NCBI GenBank assembly: GCA_904396155.1
Contig: CAJFOI010000034.1
Location: 16,959-80,958, forward strand
DNA from: Candidatus Avispirillum faecium
Lineage (GTDB): Bacteria > Bacillota > Clostridia > Oscillospirales > CAG-272
Length of the DNA stretch: 64,000 bases
Direction of reading: 5' to 3'
The notes below the pieces were generated by a model that saw nothing but the letters and a program-made list of their open reading frames with translations, was not told the DNA's origin and did no database searches. The position numbers and the translations under genes were made by a program. The number at the start of each line of letters is the position of its first letter. Position 1 is the first letter of the stretch. This document shows, one piece after another, positions 22,307-30,119 of the stretch.

Positions 22307-23884
22307 ATGGTGATAAAAATGGAAGAATACAGAAACGACAAAGAAAATTCCTTGGAGAACTCCGAAAAAGAGATGCAGAACGTGCGCCCGGATGAAAACG
22401 GGGACGCGGGAATGCACACTGCGCCTTTTGCTCCGGAAGAACCGGTTGCGCAAAGCCAGCAGGATCATACGCAGGAGCCACAGGCGGAACAGGATGCAAG
22501 CCCCCGGCGCCCGGCAGAAGAAGGCGCGGGAACGTATCATCCCGGTTATACGCCGTATATGCCTCTGGGGGATATGACAAAGCATACCTTCATCGGCCAG
22601 GATGACAAATCTGTAGATCCCGCGTTTGTGCAAAAGGATGCTTCCGGCGAATACAGATATCATCCGCCGTATGCTCCTGGCCCGGCTGAATCAAAGACTG
22701 CATCTTCAAAGAAGAAAAAAAAGGAACGGAAAAAGAAGTCCGGCGGGGCGATCGCTTTGATTGTGGCGGCATGTCTTTTGTTTTCTTTTGGAACAGGTCT
22801 TGGAGGCGCTTATTTTGGACTGCTGCTGTCGAGAAACTCCGGCGGAGCAGGCCAGAACGGGGACGATCCCCTTGTGATTTACAAGACGGCGGTGATTGCC
22901 GACGCAGAGGGAGAGGAGATTACAGAACCCCTGTCCCAGTCTCAGGTGTATGAGATGGTGAAAAACAGCGTGGTGGAAATCACCACAGATTTTCTCAGCT
23001 CCTATGGAAACTTCCAGTATGTGAGCAGCGGTGCGGGCAGCGGCGTCATTGTCAGTGAGGATGGCTATATTGTCACCAACAACCACGTTATCGTTTCGGA
23101 AAACAAAGTGGCGGATACGATCAAAATCCGGCTCACAGACGGTACAGAATATGAAGCGTCGCTGGTGGGCCGGGACGAGGATTCCGATATTGCCCTTTTG
23201 AAGATTGATGCCACGGGCTTGGATCATGCGATTTTCGGAGACAGTTCCACGCTGGAAGTGGGCGATCAGGTCATGGCGGTAGGCAACCCTCTGGGTGAGC
23301 TGGGGGGAACGGCTACCAGCGGGATCGTATCTGCCACGGACCGAGAGATCACCGTTGACGATACGCAAATGACATTGATTCAGATCGATGCTGCGATCAA
23401 CCCCGGCAATTCCGGCGGCGGGCTCTTTAATATGAAGGGAGAGCTGGTGGGGATTGTCAACGCCAAATCCACCGGGACGGAAATTGAGGGGCTTGGCTTT
23501 GCAATTCCTGTGAACGATGCAGAGCATGTGATCGAGGAACTGCAGACCAACGGCTATGTGACGGGAAAGATCTATATCGGCGTCAGTCTGTATGAAGCGC
23601 AGGATGCGTATACGGCATACTATTATTTCCGTTCCCAGGCGCCTGGTGTATATGTGATGCAGTTGGTGGATGGTTACAATGACGATGCGCTGCAGGTAGG
23701 AGACCGGATCATCGCGGTAGACGGCGCGGAAATTACATCCGTCGGCGATGTGGAAGAAGCCATTTCCGACCATGTGGTGGGTGATGTGCTCACTTTCACG
23801 GTGTATCGAGACGGGCAGATGATGGATGTGGAAGTCACCTGCTATGAATACAAGCCGGACAGCAACATCAATTTTTCAGAGTGA
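22307..23884 (+). CDS. htrA: HtrA/DegP-family S1C serine protease with a PDZ domain, membrane-anchored
   Basis: TNNHV, DIALLKI and GNSGGGLFN form the catalytic triad context. C-terminal PDZ domain. Long disordered N-terminal region followed by a TM helix. The start is ambiguous (22307, 22310 or 22319). Confidence 0.9.
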   Translation: MVIKMEEYRNDKENSLENSEKEMQNVRPDENGDAGMHTAPFAPEEPVAQSQQDHTQEPQAEQDASPRRPAEEGAGTYHPGYTPYMPLGDMTKHTFIGQDDKSVDPAFVQKDASGEYRYHPPYAPGPAESKTASSKKKKKERKKKSGGAIALIVAACLLFSFGTGLGGAYFGLLLSRNSGGAGQNGDDPLVIYKTAVIADAEGEEITEPLSQSQVYEMVKNSVVEITTDFLSSYGNFQYVSSGAGSGVIVSEDGYIVTNNHVIVSENKVADTIKIRLTDGTEYEASLVGRDEDSDIALLKIDATGLDHAIFGDSSTLEVGDQVMAVGNPLGELGGTATSGIVSATDREITVDDTQMTLIQIDAAINPGNSGGGLFNMKGELVGIVNAKSTGTEIEGLGFAIPVNDAEHVIEELQTNGYVTGKIYIGVSLYEAQDAYTAYYYFRSQAPGVYVMQLVDGYNDDALQVGDRIIAVDGAEITSVGDVEEAISDHVVGDVLTFTVYRDGQMMDVEVTCYEYKPDSNINFSE

Positions 23885-23892
23885 ACAAAGAA

Positions 23893-23929
23893 ACACCGCC
23901 TGTCACAAATTTGACAGGCGGTGTTTTTG
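23893..23929 (+). terminator. intrinsic terminator after htrA
   Basis: ACACCGCCTGTCA-loop-TGACAGGCGGTGT stem followed by TTTTT. Confidence 0.85.
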
Positions 23930-24031
23930 GGAGTTTTGTTTTCGCTCTTCTCTCATAACCAGCATTCCGCCGTTTTCTGATATTTTAACAAATCCGGTCT
24001 TTTCATACAGGGGAAAGGGACCATTAAAATC
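23906..24031 (-). pseudogene. possible remnant of the C-terminus of a GNAT acetyltransferase gene
   Basis: A 42-codon open frame bounded by stops on both sides reads DFNGPFPLYEKTGFVKISENGGMLVMREER... The LYEKxGF segment is the typical GNAT C-terminal motif. No N-terminal part is present. Confidence 0.25.
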
Positions 24032-24153
24032 TCAATTATATCGTTTGATTTGTTTACAGAGATTATAGCCTTCTGCTGGCGTGCCGTTTGCAGATTGAGA
24101 TGACCGTAGAGGAAGAAAAGTGAGGGAGAGACAGCAAGGAAAAAGATTTCCTA

Positions 24154-24182
24154 TTGACAAATAACGAACAGCATGTTACACT
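24154..24182 (+). promoter_or_regulatory. sigma-70-type promoter of the T-box leader
   Basis: TTGACA (24154-24159), 17-nt spacer, TACACT (24177-24182), preceded by TGT (extended -10). Confidence 0.7.
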
Positions 24183-24188
24183 AAATTA

Positions 24189-24462
24189 TAATTGGAAAAT
24201 GAAAAGGCTGTGAAGAGACGAGTAGCCGGAGTTTGAAGACAAAGCGAGCCGCGGATGGTGAGAGCGCGGTGCGGATGCTGCGGTGAAGAACAGCTTGGAG
24301 CCTCTGTCTGAAAGCGTAAGCAAGTAGGTGCAGACGCGGGCGGCGCGTTACAGCCGCAGGATATACAAGTATCTTTGAGAGGATTTTTTGAATCTATATG
24401 GGTGGCACCGCGGAGGATTTTGCCCTTCGTCCCTGTTTTGCAGGGGCGAAGGGCTTTTTTGT
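24189..24462 (+). promoter_or_regulatory. T-box riboswitch leader with terminator; probable specifier AAC (Asn) at 24289-24291
   Basis: Stem I elements are present: GA/K-turn (TGAAGAGACGAGTA), AG bulge (AGCGAG) and distal loop (GGTGAGAG). The specifier loop reads GAAG-AAC-A-GCTTGGA. The T-box sequence TGGGTGGCACCGCGG lies at 24399-24413. The terminator is GCCCTTCGTCCCTG-TTTT-CAGGGGCGAAGGGC followed by TTTTTT (24422-24461). Confidence 0.85.
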
Positions 24463-24489
24463 GAATTTTTTGAGGGTTTAGGAGATATT

Positions 24490-24975
24490 TGTATAAAGGG
24501 TGAACAACCCCTCCGCCGCAGTACAACTGCGGCACCTCCCCTTACACAGGGGAGGCTCGAGTTAGATAGGCCCTCCTCTTGCGGGAGGTTGCGTAGCAGA
24601 CCCATGTTTTAAGCTCTCCTTGTGTAAAGGAGGGTGTCGACGCAGTCGACGGGAGGATTGCCTGTTACAACAACCCCTCCGTCAGCTACGCTGCCCCCTC
24701 CCAGGGGAGGTCCGAATTAGGCTCCCTTGTGTAAAGGGAGCTCCCGCGAAGCGGGTGAGGGATTGTCCTCTGCACAACCTCTCCATCAGTTACGCTGACA
24801 CCCCCTCCCAGGGGAGGATAGAAAAAAGTCCCCCTTACGCAGGCCCCCATGTGGGCGTCTCTTGCAGAGCCGCTAAGGGGGCTGTCAGCGTGAGCTGACT
24901 GGGGGATTGTTTAAGCTCACTACCCCTCTGTCGCAACTCAGTTGTACTGTCTTCCTTTGGGAAAGCTTAGAAATC
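24490..24975 (+). repeat. mosaic hairpin-module repeat cluster B (between the T-box terminator and the aspS start)
   Basis: Three ACAACC..TCC-hairpin-CCYCCC modules start at 24504, 24670 and 24774. Also contains GGCTCCCTTGTGTAAAGGGAG (24720), the 24-mer CCCGCGAAGCGGGTGAGGGATTGT (24743-24766) and the terminal module AAGGGGGCTGTCAGCGTGAGCTGACTGGGGGATTGTTT (24875-24912). Confidence 0.9.
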
Positions 24976-25107
24976 CTTGCAGATGGTATTTGTTAAAAAA
25001 ATTGTATTTTTTCCACCATACAGCAAATTCTATTCGATAAAGTACGGGCTGTTTTTTCATACAATTGCAAGTCAAAGAACAACAGGAAAGAAGGACAAAA
25101 TCAAAAA

Positions 25108-27192
25108 ATGAAAAGAACGATCTATTGCGGGCTGGTGCGGGAAGCGCAGATGGGAACGCGGCAGACCTGCTGCGGATGGGTCCAGACAAAGCGGGACATG
25201 GGCGGCGTCGTTTTTGTGGACCTGAAGGACAGAGAAGGAATTTTGCAGGTTGTGTTTGACGCGTCCAATTTGCCGGCGGACGCTTTCAAGGAGGCGGACG
25301 GACTGCGCAGCCAGTCCGTCATCGCAGTGTCCGGTGTGATCCGCCGACGCAGTGAGGATACCTACAACCCCCGTTTGGAGACCGGGACAGTGGAGCTGTA
25401 CGCAGATTCCCTGGAACTGCTTTCTCAGGCGCAGCAGCTGCCCTTTTCCATGGATGACAATATCAGCGTGCGGGAGGATCTGCGCCTGCGGTATCGGTAC
25501 TTGGATCTGCGCAGTCCCACCATGCTGAGAAATCTGCGGGCACGTCACCTGGTACAAAAGGCCAGCCAGGATTATCTGGACAGTCAGGGGTTTATATGCG
25601 TGGAGACCCCCATGCTGTGCAAGTCTACGCCGGAGGGGGCAAGGGATTATTTGGTTCCCAGCCGGGTCCATCAGGGGTGTTTTTACGCATTGCCCCAGTC
25701 TCCCCAGATTTACAAGCAGTTGCTCATGGTAGGGGGGATTGACAAATATTATCAGGTGGCCCGATGCTTTCGCGACGAGGATTTGCGTGCGGACCGCCAG
25801 CCGGAGTTTACGCAGGTGGATATGGAGATGTCTTTTGTGGATCAGGAAGACATCCTTATCCATCTGGAAAAAATGTTCCGGCATATTTTCCATACGTTTA
25901 CCGGCCAGGAGATCGAAGGAGCTTTCCCCCGACTTACCTGGCAGGAGGCCATGGACCGGTACGGCAGCGACAAACCGGATCTGCGGTTCGACCTTCCCAT
26001 CGTAGATGTCACAGATCTTGCTGCCGGCTGTTCTTTCAGCGTATTTCGTTCTGTTTGCGACAAAGGCGGCGTTGTGCGGGCCATTAACGCCAAGGGGTGT
26101 GCTGACTTCACCAGAACCCAAATTGAAATGCTCACAGAAAACGCGCTTTCCTATGGCGCAAAAGGGATGGCTTGGATTGCTGTTCGCCCCGACGGGGAAA
26201 TCTACTCGATTTTGACAAAGTACTTCACCGAAGCGGAGATGCGTGCGCTTCTGGACCGCATGGGGGCTGTTCCCGGGGACTTTGTATTGTTTTCTGCGGA
26301 TACACTCTCTACCGTGCGCCGTGTTTTGGGCAGCCTGCGCCTGGATGTAGCGGAAATTTTGGGACTGCGGGACAAGAAAAAGTTTTCCTTTTTGTTTGTC
26401 ACGGATTTTCCCCAGTTTGAATATTCCGAAGAAGAAAAACGGTACGTTTCTACCCATCACCCTTTCACCATGCCTTATCCGGAGGATTTGCAGTATCTCT
26501 TTACCGATCCGGCAAAGGTGCGTGCACAGGCATATGACGTAGTGCTCAATGGGATTGAGCTGGGCAGCGGGTCTATCCGTATCCACCGGCAGGATATTCA
26601 GGAAAAAATGTTTGAGGCATTGGGCTTCGACAAGGAGCAGATCGAAAAGCGGTTTGGCTTTATGGTAAATGCATTCCGGTACGGTACGCCGCCCCACGGA
26701 GGCTTTGCCTTTGGGTTGGACCGGTTGGTCATGCTTCTGCTGGGCGCCGATTCCCTTCGGGATGTGATCGCGTTTCCCAAAATCAAAGATGCTTCCTGTC
26801 CGATGACGGACGCGCCTACGCCTGTAGATCCGGAGCAGCTTGCCGTACTGGGCTTGGATAAGCTTTGGGAAGCCGGTACAGACGGTACAGGGGAGAAAAA
26901 AGAAAAGGTGCCGCAGATCGATGTGGCTGCGGTAGCGGGGCTTGCACGTCTGTCTTTTTCGGCAGAGGAGATGCAGAGCCTGCAGGCCGATATGAAAAAC
27001 ATCATCGCCTTTGCAAATCAGCTGTCGCAGGCGGATACCACCGGTGCGGCCGCGGCAGAGCACATCGTTCCCATGGAAAATGTATTCCGGCCGGATGAGG
27101 CAGAGCATCTCTTTGACAGAGAAGAACTGCTGGCAGCTGCAAAAACCAAGGAAGACGGATATATCACCGTTCCCCGTGTTGTGGAAGGATAG
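25108..27192 (+). CDS. aspS: aspartate--tRNA ligase fused to a C-terminal GatC domain (probably a non-discriminating AspRS)
   Basis: 694-aa uninterrupted ORF. Residues 1 to about 590 are a complete bacterial AspRS (MKRTIYCG...QSPQIYKQLLM...FRDEDLRADRQPEFTQVDMEMSF...GLDRLVMLL...AFPK). This is followed by a linker and a GatC-like sequence. Confidence 0.9.
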   Translation: MKRTIYCGLVREAQMGTRQTCCGWVQTKRDMGGVVFVDLKDREGILQVVFDASNLPADAFKEADGLRSQSVIAVSGVIRRRSEDTYNPRLETGTVELYADSLELLSQAQQLPFSMDDNISVREDLRLRYRYLDLRSPTMLRNLRARHLVQKASQDYLDSQGFICVETPMLCKSTPEGARDYLVPSRVHQGCFYALPQSPQIYKQLLMVGGIDKYYQVARCFRDEDLRADRQPEFTQVDMEMSFVDQEDILIHLEKMFRHIFHTFTGQEIEGAFPRLTWQEAMDRYGSDKPDLRFDLPIVDVTDLAAGCSFSVFRSVCDKGGVVRAINAKGCADFTRTQIEMLTENALSYGAKGMAWIAVRPDGEIYSILTKYFTEAEMRALLDRMGAVPGDFVLFSADTLSTVRRVLGSLRLDVAEILGLRDKKKFSFLFVTDFPQFEYSEEEKRYVSTHHPFTMPYPEDLQYLFTDPAKVRAQAYDVVLNGIELGSGSIRIHRQDIQEKMFEALGFDKEQIEKRFGFMVNAFRYGTPPHGGFAFGLDRLVMLLLGADSLRDVIAFPKIKDASCPMTDAPTPVDPEQLAVLGLDKLWEAGTDGTGEKKEKVPQIDVAAVAGLARLSFSAEEMQSLQADMKNIIAFANQLSQADTTGAAAAEHIVPMENVFRPDEAEHLFDREELLAAAKTKEDGYITVPRVVEG
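26908..27189 (+). other. gatC: GatC-like domain encoded in frame at the 3' end of the aspS ORF
   Basis: VPQIDVAAVAGLARLSFSAEEMQSLQADMKNIIAFANQLSQADT...HIVPMENVFRPDEAE...KEDGYITVPRVVEG aligns by eye along the full length of Bacillus GatC (ISIEEVKHVAHLARLAI...FAEELNEVDT...MREDEA...KDGYIRVPSILD). Confidence 0.8.
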
Positions 27193-27197
27193 AGCAT

Positions 27198-28640
27198 ATG
27201 AAGGAACTTACAAGCAGAAGCGTGTACGAACATGCAAGGGCACTAAAGAAAAAAGAATACTCTGCTGTGGAGCTGACCCAGGCATATCTGGAGGAGATCT
27301 CCCGGCGGGAAGCGGAGATCCATGCCTATATTTCTACAAATGCAGAATATGCGCTGGAGCAGGCAAAGGCGGCAGACAAACGAATCGCAGCCGGTGAGGG
27401 AACGGCACTTACCGGGATCCCAGCCGGCATCAAGGACAACATGTGTACCAAAGGGATTGCCACTACCTGCGCATCCAAGATGCTGGCAGATTATGTGCCC
27501 CCTTATGACGCCCATGTGATCCAGCGGCTGCAGGAGGCGGGATATGTACTGCTGGGCAAGCTGAACATGGATGAATTTGCCATGGGTTCCACCACGGAAA
27601 ATTCGGCGATGGGGGTCACGAGAAATCCTCGGGATCCTTCCCGGGTGCCGGGGGGATCCTCGGGTGGCTCTGCTGCGGCAGTGGCTGCCGGAGAGGCTGC
27701 GTATACCCTGGGCAGTGACACGGGAGGATCCATCCGCCAGCCCGCCGCGTTCTGCGGCGTGGTGGGCATGAAGCCGACATACGGCCGTGTTTCCCGGTAT
27801 GGGTTGGTCGCCTTTGCTTCTTCTTTGGATCAAATCGGCCCCCTCACCCGGGATGTGCGGGACAATGCGCTGGTACTTTCTGCAATTGCAGGTCACGACC
27901 GGCGGGATGCGACTTGTGTGGACCGACCCGCGGAGGATTACCTTGCCAGTCTGGATGGCGGTGTTGCCGGTATGCGCATTGGGCTGCCGGAGGAATTTTT
28001 CGGGGACGGAATTTCTGCAGATGTCAAAGAAGCGGTACTGGCCGCCGCAGATACCCTGGCTGGCATGGGCGCCCAGTTGGTGCAGGTGAAAATGCCGTCG
28101 CTGGATTATGCGCTGTCTGCCTATTATGTGATTTCTTCCGCAGAAGCATCTTCCAACCTGGCGCGGTTTGACGGGGTGCGGTACGGATACCGTGCGGCAG
28201 ATTTTGCCGACATGGAACAGTTGTATCAGAAGAGCCGCAGCGAGGGCTTCGGCGCAGAAGTCAAGCGGCGGATCATGCTGGGGACCTTTGCGCTTTCTTC
28301 CGGATACTACGATGCCTATTATAAAAAGGCGCTCCAGGTGCGCAGCCTGGTGCGGGCAGACTTTGACAGCGCCTTTGCGAAGTGCGACTGCATTCTTTCC
28401 CCTGTGGCGCCTACGGTGGCATACAAAATTGGGGAAAAAACCAGCGACCCGTTGGAGATGTATTTGGGAGACGCCTACAGCGTCCCGGTGAATATTGCCG
28501 GTGTGCCGGCACTGTCCATGCCTTGCGGAAGCGGGGAGGGCGGTATGCCGGTGGGTATGCAGCTCATCGGACCTGCATTTTCCGAGGCGATGCTGTACCG
28601 TGCAGGATATGCGTTTGAAATGGAAAGAAAGGGGGAATGA
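27198..28640 (+). CDS. gatA: Asp-tRNA(Asn)/Glu-tRNA(Gln) amidotransferase subunit A
   Basis: 480 aa with the amidase signature GGSSGGSAAAVAAG. Starts 5 nt after the aspS-gatC stop. Confidence 0.96.
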   Translation: MKELTSRSVYEHARALKKKEYSAVELTQAYLEEISRREAEIHAYISTNAEYALEQAKAADKRIAAGEGTALTGIPAGIKDNMCTKGIATTCASKMLADYVPPYDAHVIQRLQEAGYVLLGKLNMDEFAMGSTTENSAMGVTRNPRDPSRVPGGSSGGSAAAVAAGEAAYTLGSDTGGSIRQPAAFCGVVGMKPTYGRVSRYGLVAFASSLDQIGPLTRDVRDNALVLSAIAGHDRRDATCVDRPAEDYLASLDGGVAGMRIGLPEEFFGDGISADVKEAVLAAADTLAGMGAQLVQVKMPSLDYALSAYYVISSAEASSNLARFDGVRYGYRAADFADMEQLYQKSRSEGFGAEVKRRIMLGTFALSSGYYDAYYKKALQVRSLVRADFDSAFAKCDCILSPVAPTVAYKIGEKTSDPLEMYLGDAYSVPVNIAGVPALSMPCGSGEGGMPVGMQLIGPAFSEAMLYRAGYAFEMERKGE

Positions 28641-28643
28641 GAT

Positions 28644-30074
28644 ATGCAGATGCTCAAGGACTATGAAATGGTGATCGGGCTGGAGGTCCATGTGGAACTG
28701 AAAACCAGGACAAAGATCTTTTGCTCCTGCCCCACAGATTTTGGCGCGCCGCCCAATACCCAGGTCTGTCCGGTTTGTCTGGGGCTGCCGGGGACGCTAC
28801 CGGTACTCAACGGCAAGGTGGTGGAGTATGCGGTGAAGGCGGGTCTTGCCACCAACTGCACCATTGCCCGCTTTTCCAAGCAGGACCGGAAAAACTATTT
28901 CTATCCGGACCTGCCCAAAGCATATCAGATTTCCCAGTATGATCTGCCTTTGTGCGAGCACGGCTGGCTGGATATTGAAACGGCAGATGGGACAAAGCGC
29001 ATCGGGATCACCCGGATTCACATCGAGGAAGACGCCGGAAAGCTGATGCATGACGATGAAAAGGGGACAATGATCGACTGCAACCGCTGCGGTGTTCCTC
29101 TGATCGAGATCGTCAGCGAGCCGGATATCCGCAGCGCCGAGGAGGCAAAGGCATACTTGCAGAAGCTGCGGGCCATTATCTTGTACACAGGTGTGTCGGA
29201 TTGCAAGATGAACGAGGGATCTCTGCGGTGCGATGTCAATCTGTCGGTGCGAAAAAAGGGCACGGAGACGTTCGGCACCCGCACGGAAATGAAAAATCTG
29301 AATTCTTTTCAGTTTATTGTGAAAGCGATCGAATATGAATACAAGCGGCAGGTGGAGGCCATAGAGGCTGGAGAAAAGATCGTTCAGGAGACCCGGCGGT
29401 TCGATGCGAATACAGGGAAAACCTATTCCATGCGCACCAAGGAAAATGCCAACGACTACCGGTATTTTCCCGATCCGGATCTGCCGCCCATCAAATTGAC
29501 GGAAGAAAAGATTGCCTCCCTCCAGGCTGAGATTCCTCGGCTGCCGGATGCTCGCAAGCAGGAGTATATGGAAAGATATGGCCTGTCTGCCTATGACGGA
29601 GAAGTGCTGACCACCAATATGGCGATGGCGGATTATTTTGAGGCGGCTGCGGCGCAGACCCGGTATCCCAAGCTGGTGGCCAATATGCTCTTGTCCGAGG
29701 TGATGCGCCTTGCAGGCGGCGAGGAGGATGTCTGCAGAATTCAACCCTCCCGCATGGCTGCGCTTGCGGATTTGTCCGGGGACGGGATCATCAATTCCGC
29801 CACCGTGAAGAAGCTGATCAAGGAGCTGTGGGAGACGGACTTTGACGTGGCCGATAAGGTAGAGCGGGAAGGGCTTGCCCAGGTGAGCGATGAGATGATC
29901 CTCCTGGAGTGGGTGCAGGAAGCCATCCGGCAAAATCCAAAATCTGTTGCAGATTATAAGAAGGGAAAAAAGGCCGCCGCGAAGGCGATCGTGGGCAAAG
30001 TGATGGCAGTGTCTGGCGGACGGGCCAATCCTACCGTAGTGGATCGCTTGGTGGAACTGGAGCTGAATCAGTGA
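28644..30074 (+). CDS. gatB: Asp-tRNA(Asn)/Glu-tRNA(Gln) amidotransferase subunit B
   Basis: 476 aa with VIGLEVHVELKT, CPVCLGLPGTLPVLN and a C-terminal YqeY-like tail. Confidence 0.96.
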   Translation: MQMLKDYEMVIGLEVHVELKTRTKIFCSCPTDFGAPPNTQVCPVCLGLPGTLPVLNGKVVEYAVKAGLATNCTIARFSKQDRKNYFYPDLPKAYQISQYDLPLCEHGWLDIETADGTKRIGITRIHIEEDAGKLMHDDEKGTMIDCNRCGVPLIEIVSEPDIRSAEEAKAYLQKLRAIILYTGVSDCKMNEGSLRCDVNLSVRKKGTETFGTRTEMKNLNSFQFIVKAIEYEYKRQVEAIEAGEKIVQETRRFDANTGKTYSMRTKENANDYRYFPDPDLPPIKLTEEKIASLQAEIPRLPDARKQEYMERYGLSAYDGEVLTTNMAMADYFEAAAAQTRYPKLVANMLLSEVMRLAGGEEDVCRIQPSRMAALADLSGDGIINSATVKKLIKELWETDFDVADKVEREGLAQVSDEMILLEWVQEAIRQNPKSVADYKKGKKAAAKAIVGKVMAVSGGRANPTVVDRLVELELNQ

Positions 30075-30090
30075 GCAGTTGATAGAGAAA

Positions 30091-30116
30091 AGAGGGGGCT
30101 CCCTCTTTTCTTTTTT
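30091..30116 (+). terminator. intrinsic terminator after gatB
   Basis: AGAGGG-GGCT-CCCTCT stem followed by TTTCTTTTTT. Confidence 0.75.
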
Positions 30117-30119
30117 GGG

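Noticed and set aside
24238-24290. Alternative T-box specifier codons: GAC (Asp) at 24238-24240 and GAA (Glu) at 24288-24290.
   Set aside because: GAC lies on the 5' strand of stem I just before the AG bulge, which is not in the specifier loop. GAA would be followed by C rather than the conserved purine. AAC-A fits the canonical geometry, but this was judged by eye only.
24176-24898. ORFs of 74-137 aa on both strands within the repeat clusters: 3987..4400, 24176..24535, 24348..24605, 24388..24612, 24620..24898, 30031..30309, 30120..30416, 30214..30516, 30355..30630 and 30368..30610.
   Set aside because: They are read-throughs of the hairpin modules. They overlap each other in several frames and on both strands, lack ribosome-binding sites, and the conserved units are interrupted by stops in every frame. 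One of them overlaps the T-box RNA.
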